From: an uncultured Planctomycetota bacterium
Lineage (GTDB): Bacteria; Planctomycetota; Planctomycetia; Isosphaerales; Isosphaeraceae
NCBI GenBank assembly: GCA_963845755.1
Contig: CAWJTV010000041.1
Location: 352,001-416,000, forward strand
Direction of reading: 5' to 3'
Length of the DNA stretch: 64,000 bases
Position numbers and translations under genes: made by a program. The notes under the pieces are model-generated. The model was not told the DNA's origin and did not search any database. It saw only the letters and a list, made by a program, of their open reading frames with translations. This document shows positions 59,104 to 64,000 of the stretch, piece after piece. Every line of letters starts with the position of its first letter. Position 1 is the stretch's first letter.

Positions 59104-60609
59104 GTGGGCGTCTTGAAAGTTGGTGGATTTTTTGTACACAAGAGGGATTGCGGACGTTGTTGAGGAGAATTGCGCCGAGGAAACGGAGTCTGTCATGCCA
59201 GCCGCTCCCTTGTCAGCCGAGAAGCAGGCCGAGATCGATGACCTCGCCCGAGCCATCCATGAGGCCGTTGACGCCGAGATCGGCGAACTCGCTGCCACCC
59301 TCGCCACCACCGACGATGCCCACGTCTTCGGCGACAACGAATTCCGGATTCGCGCCCTCGCCCACAAGATTGCCGCCAAGGCCCTCGCACGGCGACTGGC
59401 GCAAAAAATGGATACCACGGCTCCAGTGTGACCTGCCCCCACTGTGGGATGACCGCCGTATTCGACTCGCACCGCGCCCCTACCCCTCTGAGCCTTGTCG
59501 GCCTGTCCCTGACCAGCGCCTATTATCTCTGCTGGTGCTGTGGCCAGGGGAGCTTCCCGTTCGATGAGGCGGCGGGCTTGACGGCACGGAAGCTGACACC
59601 CGCTTTGGAGCGGGTCACGACCTTGGCCGGGACGGTCGCCGACAGTTTCGAGAAGGGGGGCGAACTGCTCGAAGAGATGGCCGGCGTTCGGCTCGGGGAA
59701 TCCACGGTCGAACGAACCACCGAAGGCGCGGGTCAACGGCTAGCGGACGTCGTGCAGGCCGGTGTGGCGCTGGGTCCCAAGGGGGATTGGCCCTGGCACA
59801 AGGACTACGACGGCCGCCGATGTGCCTACGTCGACTCGACGCCACTGGCGTCCGGCAGCAAGGCCAGGCCGGCGGCGCCGCCGAGGGCCGGATGGCCTAC
59901 GTGGGGATGGTCTGCAACCCCAGTCCCGATGGCCGTGGCCGGACGAGAAGCCGTTGCCGATGCAGGCGCGTTACCTCTCGGGGATGTACTCCTTGGAAGA
60001 CTTCGGTCCGCTGCTCCGCACGCCGGCCGGGCACGTCGGCATGGATCGGGCCGATCGTTGGATCGGGCTCTCCGACGGCGGCAATGGGCTGGAGGACCGG
60101 CTGCGGGAGAACTTCCCGCGAGTGGAAGTGATCATCCTTGACTTCTTTCACCCCGCGGAGAAGCTCACCGGACTGGCACGGCTGCTTTACCCTCAGGACG
60201 AGGACCAATCCGAGGATCAAGGCGCGGCAATGGTGTCATCTCCTGAAGGAGGAAGGGGGCGCGGTTCTGGCGGCGGTCCTGCGCGAAGGGGACTGGCCGC
60301 GCCGGGTGGGCCTGAGCGAGGCCGTTGACGAACTGGTCGGTTACCTCCAGCGGAACGCGCATCGGATGGAGTACCCCGAACACTCGGCCCACGGCTGGTG
60401 CATCGGCAGTGGCGCGGTGGAGTGCGCGTGCAAAACGGTCGTGGGCCAACGACTGAAGTTGGCCGGCATGCGTTGGGGCGAGGACGGAGCCAATGCCGTT
60501 TGCCACCTCCCGCGCTCTACCGCAGCGAAAAAGGCCAATGGGAAGCCTTCTGGAGCCGCGATTTCTCGCACAACTGATCGCCTGTACCACCAACTAATGT
60601 GACGCAAGT
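59104..60609 (+). mobile_element. ISKra4-like IS with multiply frameshifted transposase (~59195..60576)
   Basis: CPHC zinc ribbon, LSDGGNG, ILDFFH, IGSGAVECACKTVVGQRLKLAGMRW; imperfect IRs 59108-59126 / 60587-60605; AGGGGTCGCG direct repeat at 59094-59103 and 60610-60619. Confidence 0.85.
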
Positions 60610-60866
60610 AGGGGTCGCGTGGCGAGCATCCGGGGCCGGGAAGCGTCCACGATGAGAAACCGACCGGGGCGCGAGCCCTCCAGATGATCGAGCCCGCCCG
60701 GAGTGCATGCTGGCCTTGCTTCCAATCTCGGGCAGGGCTCGCCCTTCGCCAGGACGTCGCAGAGAATGCCGGAAAGAACTGAACTCGCTCAATAACGTCG
60801 AGAATCGGGCGAATCGACTACTGAAGAACGCGTGTCGATTCCATTTGCCTTTCGTGCGAGGTCGCG

Positions 60867-62087
60867 ATGGCGGCGATCCCCGAGTCTTGTCGAGGTCCGT
60901 TCTGTCTTGAGAGGTCCGGCGACGAGCTGCTAATCCATCGCCGGACGGGTTCGTTCGCAAGGCGAACTTTCCTCCGTCTCTTTTTGGCCGTCTGGACAGC
61001 TACAGGCGTGTGCGGGGCCAATTCGCTCGCCGGCGGACCGACCGAACTGCAAATCGTGTACGGCACTTTGGTCTTGGTGACCTGGCTGCTGGTGATCTAC
61101 GCATTCGCTTTGCAAGTCTTCGGCGCCGAATGCCTGAGGATCGGGCCGGATGGCGTGGAGCATCGATCGAAGGCCCTGATCACGCGGTCGCGGCGGGTGC
61201 CGCTGCGTGAGGTTCGCGGGCTCTCCGCCTACAGCGTCGATGTCGGTGACGAGGTCGTCCGCCTCGAGTTCGGCCTTAGGATCGACGCGCTCGGCAAGCC
61301 CATCCGGTTCGGAAAGGGTGCCACGCCGGATGAGCTGAGCTGGCTGGCCGAACAGGTCCGCCGTCACCTCCAGATTCTGGTGCCCGACCGGGCCATCAAG
61401 TATCGGGCCCAGGTGTCCGAGAAGGATGAGATGCGAATCGTCGCCCTCCGACCGGGGCAACCTGTGCCTGAGCGGCCCTCGGATAGCCTCATTGAGCTCT
61501 CGACGCATCCGGATCGGATCGAGTTCGTCCTGAGGACATCCTTCAGACCCGGGCTGCTCGTCGCCATCACAGTCACGGGCTTCTTCTGGAATGCCCTCGT
61601 CGGTGTGTTCGCGATCGGGTTCTTGAACGAGTTTCTGGTGGCCCTCGTTCTGTTCCTCATCCCGTTCGAAGTCGTTGGCCTCCTCATGATCGCGGCCTGG
61701 TGGTGGGTGCTGCTGGAACCGCTGTGGGTCAGGACCTTGAGTATCGGCCGGGACGAGATCCTGCTGCGTCGATCCATCCTGGGCCTGGGATGGACCCAAC
61801 CCATGGACACAGAGCTCGTCGATCGTATCGAGGTGTGGAAGAGGGCGGCCGACGCAACGTGGATTCGCCAGTCCCAGGAGTTCCCGGACGACCCGTTCTC
61901 GGTCGTGTTCCTCGACGGCACTGGTCGGTATGGCCTGGTGATCCGCGGGTTGACGAAGGGCGAATCTCGCTGGATCGGTGGCACGGCGTATGTCGCGCTG
62001 AAGCGATGGTTGATCAAGGCTGACTCTCCGGACCAAGTCTCCCGCACCGCTGCGGCCTCGTTGTGGGACCGCGAGTTGGACGGCTGA
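60867..62087 (+). CDS. Hypothetical membrane protein with two similar TM-hairpin + beta-rich modules
   Basis: 406-aa ORF; two pairs of hydrophobic helices each followed by LxIG/LSIG segments. Confidence 0.65.
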   Translation: MAAIPESCRGPFCLERSGDELLIHRRTGSFARRTFLRLFLAVWTATGVCGANSLAGGPTELQIVYGTLVLVTWLLVIYAFALQVFGAECLRIGPDGVEHRSKALITRSRRVPLREVRGLSAYSVDVGDEVVRLEFGLRIDALGKPIRFGKGATPDELSWLAEQVRRHLQILVPDRAIKYRAQVSEKDEMRIVALRPGQPVPERPSDSLIELSTHPDRIEFVLRTSFRPGLLVAITVTGFFWNALVGVFAIGFLNEFLVALVLFLIPFEVVGLLMIAAWWWVLLEPLWVRTLSIGRDEILLRRSILGLGWTQPMDTELVDRIEVWKRAADATWIRQSQEFPDDPFSVVFLDGTGRYGLVIRGLTKGESRWIGGTAYVALKRWLIKADSPDQVSRTAAASLWDRELDG

Positions 62088-62785
62088 GGACAACCTACGG
62101 CCATCGGGGCACGCGAGAATCAAGTCGGTCGGTCGGTGGTCCAACTTTCGCGACGCCATCACGCTGCGGCACTGCGTGGCACCCTTCCTCGTCGGCGCCG
62201 CATTCACCCTGGTGAAGACCGAGAGAGAACGTCGCGTGGGAACGAAGAAAGGGTCGCAACCCGAACTCGGTAGGAAGTCGGTGCCGATTGGTTGGGTCCC
62301 GGTCCCTTTCATCTCATCGGCACCAAGGCCGCATAGCCGTTCGCTGTCACGGAGGTGCAGAAAAAAACTCGCCATGAGGCGATGATCTGGAGCCGCTCCT
62401 TTCGAGAGTCCCTGAACCTGTATGGGCTAAAAGCCGGGACATCGGCTCTTCACTGGACGAGCCCGCCCTGAGGTCTCTTGTCACTCTCGTGAAAGGGCTC
62501 ACTGGCAGTTCCGAGCACTCCCGGCGAAGATAGGGCGGGGAAACGAGGCCGCAGTTGGTGCCTTGTCCCTGACCTCGGCCGACCTGATCGGCAAGGTTGA
62601 AAAGGTGATTGCTCTTAATTCGGGAAGGTAGAGAGGAGTTCCCTTTCCAGAGTACTGTGGCCGCTCAGGACTTCAACTCGCGGAACAAGAACCGAAAGTG
62701 GGATAGTGCAGATCTGAGCCTCCCGATGGGTTCGCGAAAGCAAATGGCCGCGACCCGGCTGGTGGCTGGAGAATGGAGACCGGCC

Positions 62786-62960
62786 ATGAAGATCGTCAAG
62801 TTGGAAGTCGAAGGCTTTCGCTCGCTCAAATCGCAAACCTGGTGTCCCGGTGACCTGCACTGCTCATCGGACCCACGCCAGCGGTAAATCGAATCTCCTG
62901 CGCGTTCTGGAAATGCTCAGTGCTGCGGCCAGGGGAGGATTAAGCCGATACGTTCAACGC
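62786..62960 (+). pseudogene. 5' fragment of an ABC/SMC-like AAA ATPase
   Basis: MKIVKLEVEGFRSLK then, frameshifted, IGPHASGKSNLLRVLEML (Walker A); no remainder. Confidence 0.7.
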
Positions 62961-63069
62961 ACGACTTCGAGCACTTGCCGCCCGAGCAACTTGTCGAGCC
63001 TATCCTTCAGAAAGAGTTGCGAATTGTCGAGATCCTGCGCGAGGTCCAGGAACTTCTGGCGAGGAAGCC

Positions 63070-64000
63070 ATGAGCCGAACCCGTAAGACTCAGCCGCCGT
63101 CCCCGGTTGACTCCGAGATCCCCGGCTATGATGCCATCCTGACCGGCATGGTGGAGTTGCTGGAGGCGGCCCGCCGCTCTGCCGCTCGGGCCGTCAACGC
63201 CGTCATGACGGCCACCTACTGGGATGTCGGACGGCGCATTGTGGAGCACGAACAGCGAGGGTCCGAGCGCGCCGAGTATGGCGCCAGGCTGATGGAAAGG
63301 CTGGCCGCCGACCTGACGAAACGCTTCGGCCGAGGATTCTCTCGGCAAAACCTTCAGCAGATGCGTCAGTTCTATCAGACATACCCGCCGGACGCAATTC
63401 GCCAGACAGCGTCTGGCGAATTGAACATTCCTGCCACACCGCAGGTTGGGACGGCGTCAGCCGACGGTCCCCTCGCTATCATACAGCAACTCGCCCGCCG
63501 TTTCCCGCTCCCCTGGGTCGCACTACGTCGAACTCCTCAAGATGGATAATCCCAAGGCCAGGGAGTTCTACGAGGCGGAAGCCTTGCGCAACGGCTGGAC
63601 GTCCCGGCAACTGCACCGGCAGATCACGACGCTGTTCTACGAGCGGACGCTGGCCTCCCGGAACAAGGCGGCGATGCTCCGGAAGGGGGCGGCGCCGAAG
63701 CTGGAGGACCTCCTCACGCCCGAGGAGGAGATCAAGGATCCGCTGATCCTGGAGTTCCTGGACCTGAAGGACGAGTATTCCGAGAGCCAACTCGAGGAGG
63801 CCCTGATCCTGCACCTCGAGAGCTTCCTCCTGGAACTCGGCGGCGACTTCGCCTTCCTGGGCCGGCAAAAGCGGCTCCGCGTCGGCGACGCCTGGTTCCG
63901 GATCGACCTGTTATTCTACCACCGCCGACTCCGTTGCCTGGTCATCATCGACGTCAAGACCGGCGAGCTCACCCACGCCGACGCCGGCCAGATGCATGTG
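63070..64000 (+). CDS. yhcG: YhcG/DUF1016 PD-(D/E)XK nuclease-domain protein, partial (indel ~63520)
   Basis: TYWDVGRRIVE, GRGFSRQNLQQMRQFY, IKDPLILEFL, FLLELGGDFAFLGRQKR, RIDLLFYHRRLRCLVIIDVK. Confidence 0.88.

Overview
High-GC (~65-70% by eye) bacterial window, most likely a planctomycete. That assignment is an inference from the ECF sigma/TPR Ser-Thr kinase pairs, an 'ELEDR' planctomycete-type N-terminal motif, a DUF1080/Gfo-Idh-MocA cluster and a GTAG-type REP. More than 20 genes, including housekeeping acs and dxr, are split by single-base indels, which points to long-read/assembly error, so split ORFs are joined below. Layout: (0.2-2.2 kb) small gene + atypical dCTP deaminase + Phd-like gene colliding with a truncated PIN gene; (2.2-9.8 kb) acs, rseP, dxr, TPR-thioredoxin lipoprotein; (10.4-18.8 kb) a co-oriented four-gene cluster of exported di-heme c protein, GMC oxidoreductase, multi-TM patatin and fatty-acid desaturase, the best candidate for an undescribed (lipid-oxidising) system; (19-29.6 kb) aldehyde/alcohol dehydrogenases, an ECF-kinase module and a second TPR kinase; IS630; (30.9-34.7 kb) a sigma-54-linked unit of STAS protein, Met-rich repeat lipoprotein, cytochrome b and MsrP-like molybdoenzyme; (35-41 kb) a 3-keto-glycoside-type catabolic cluster; EmrAB-like efflux; (47.5-53.8 kb) a redox cassette bracketed by 81-bp direct repeats, its last gene hit by a 424-bp MITE (perfect 20-bp TIRs, CTAG duplication); a second ECF-kinase module; an ISKra4-like IS; and a YhcG/DUF1016 gene running off the end. 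No rRNA, tRNA or CRISPR array was seen.
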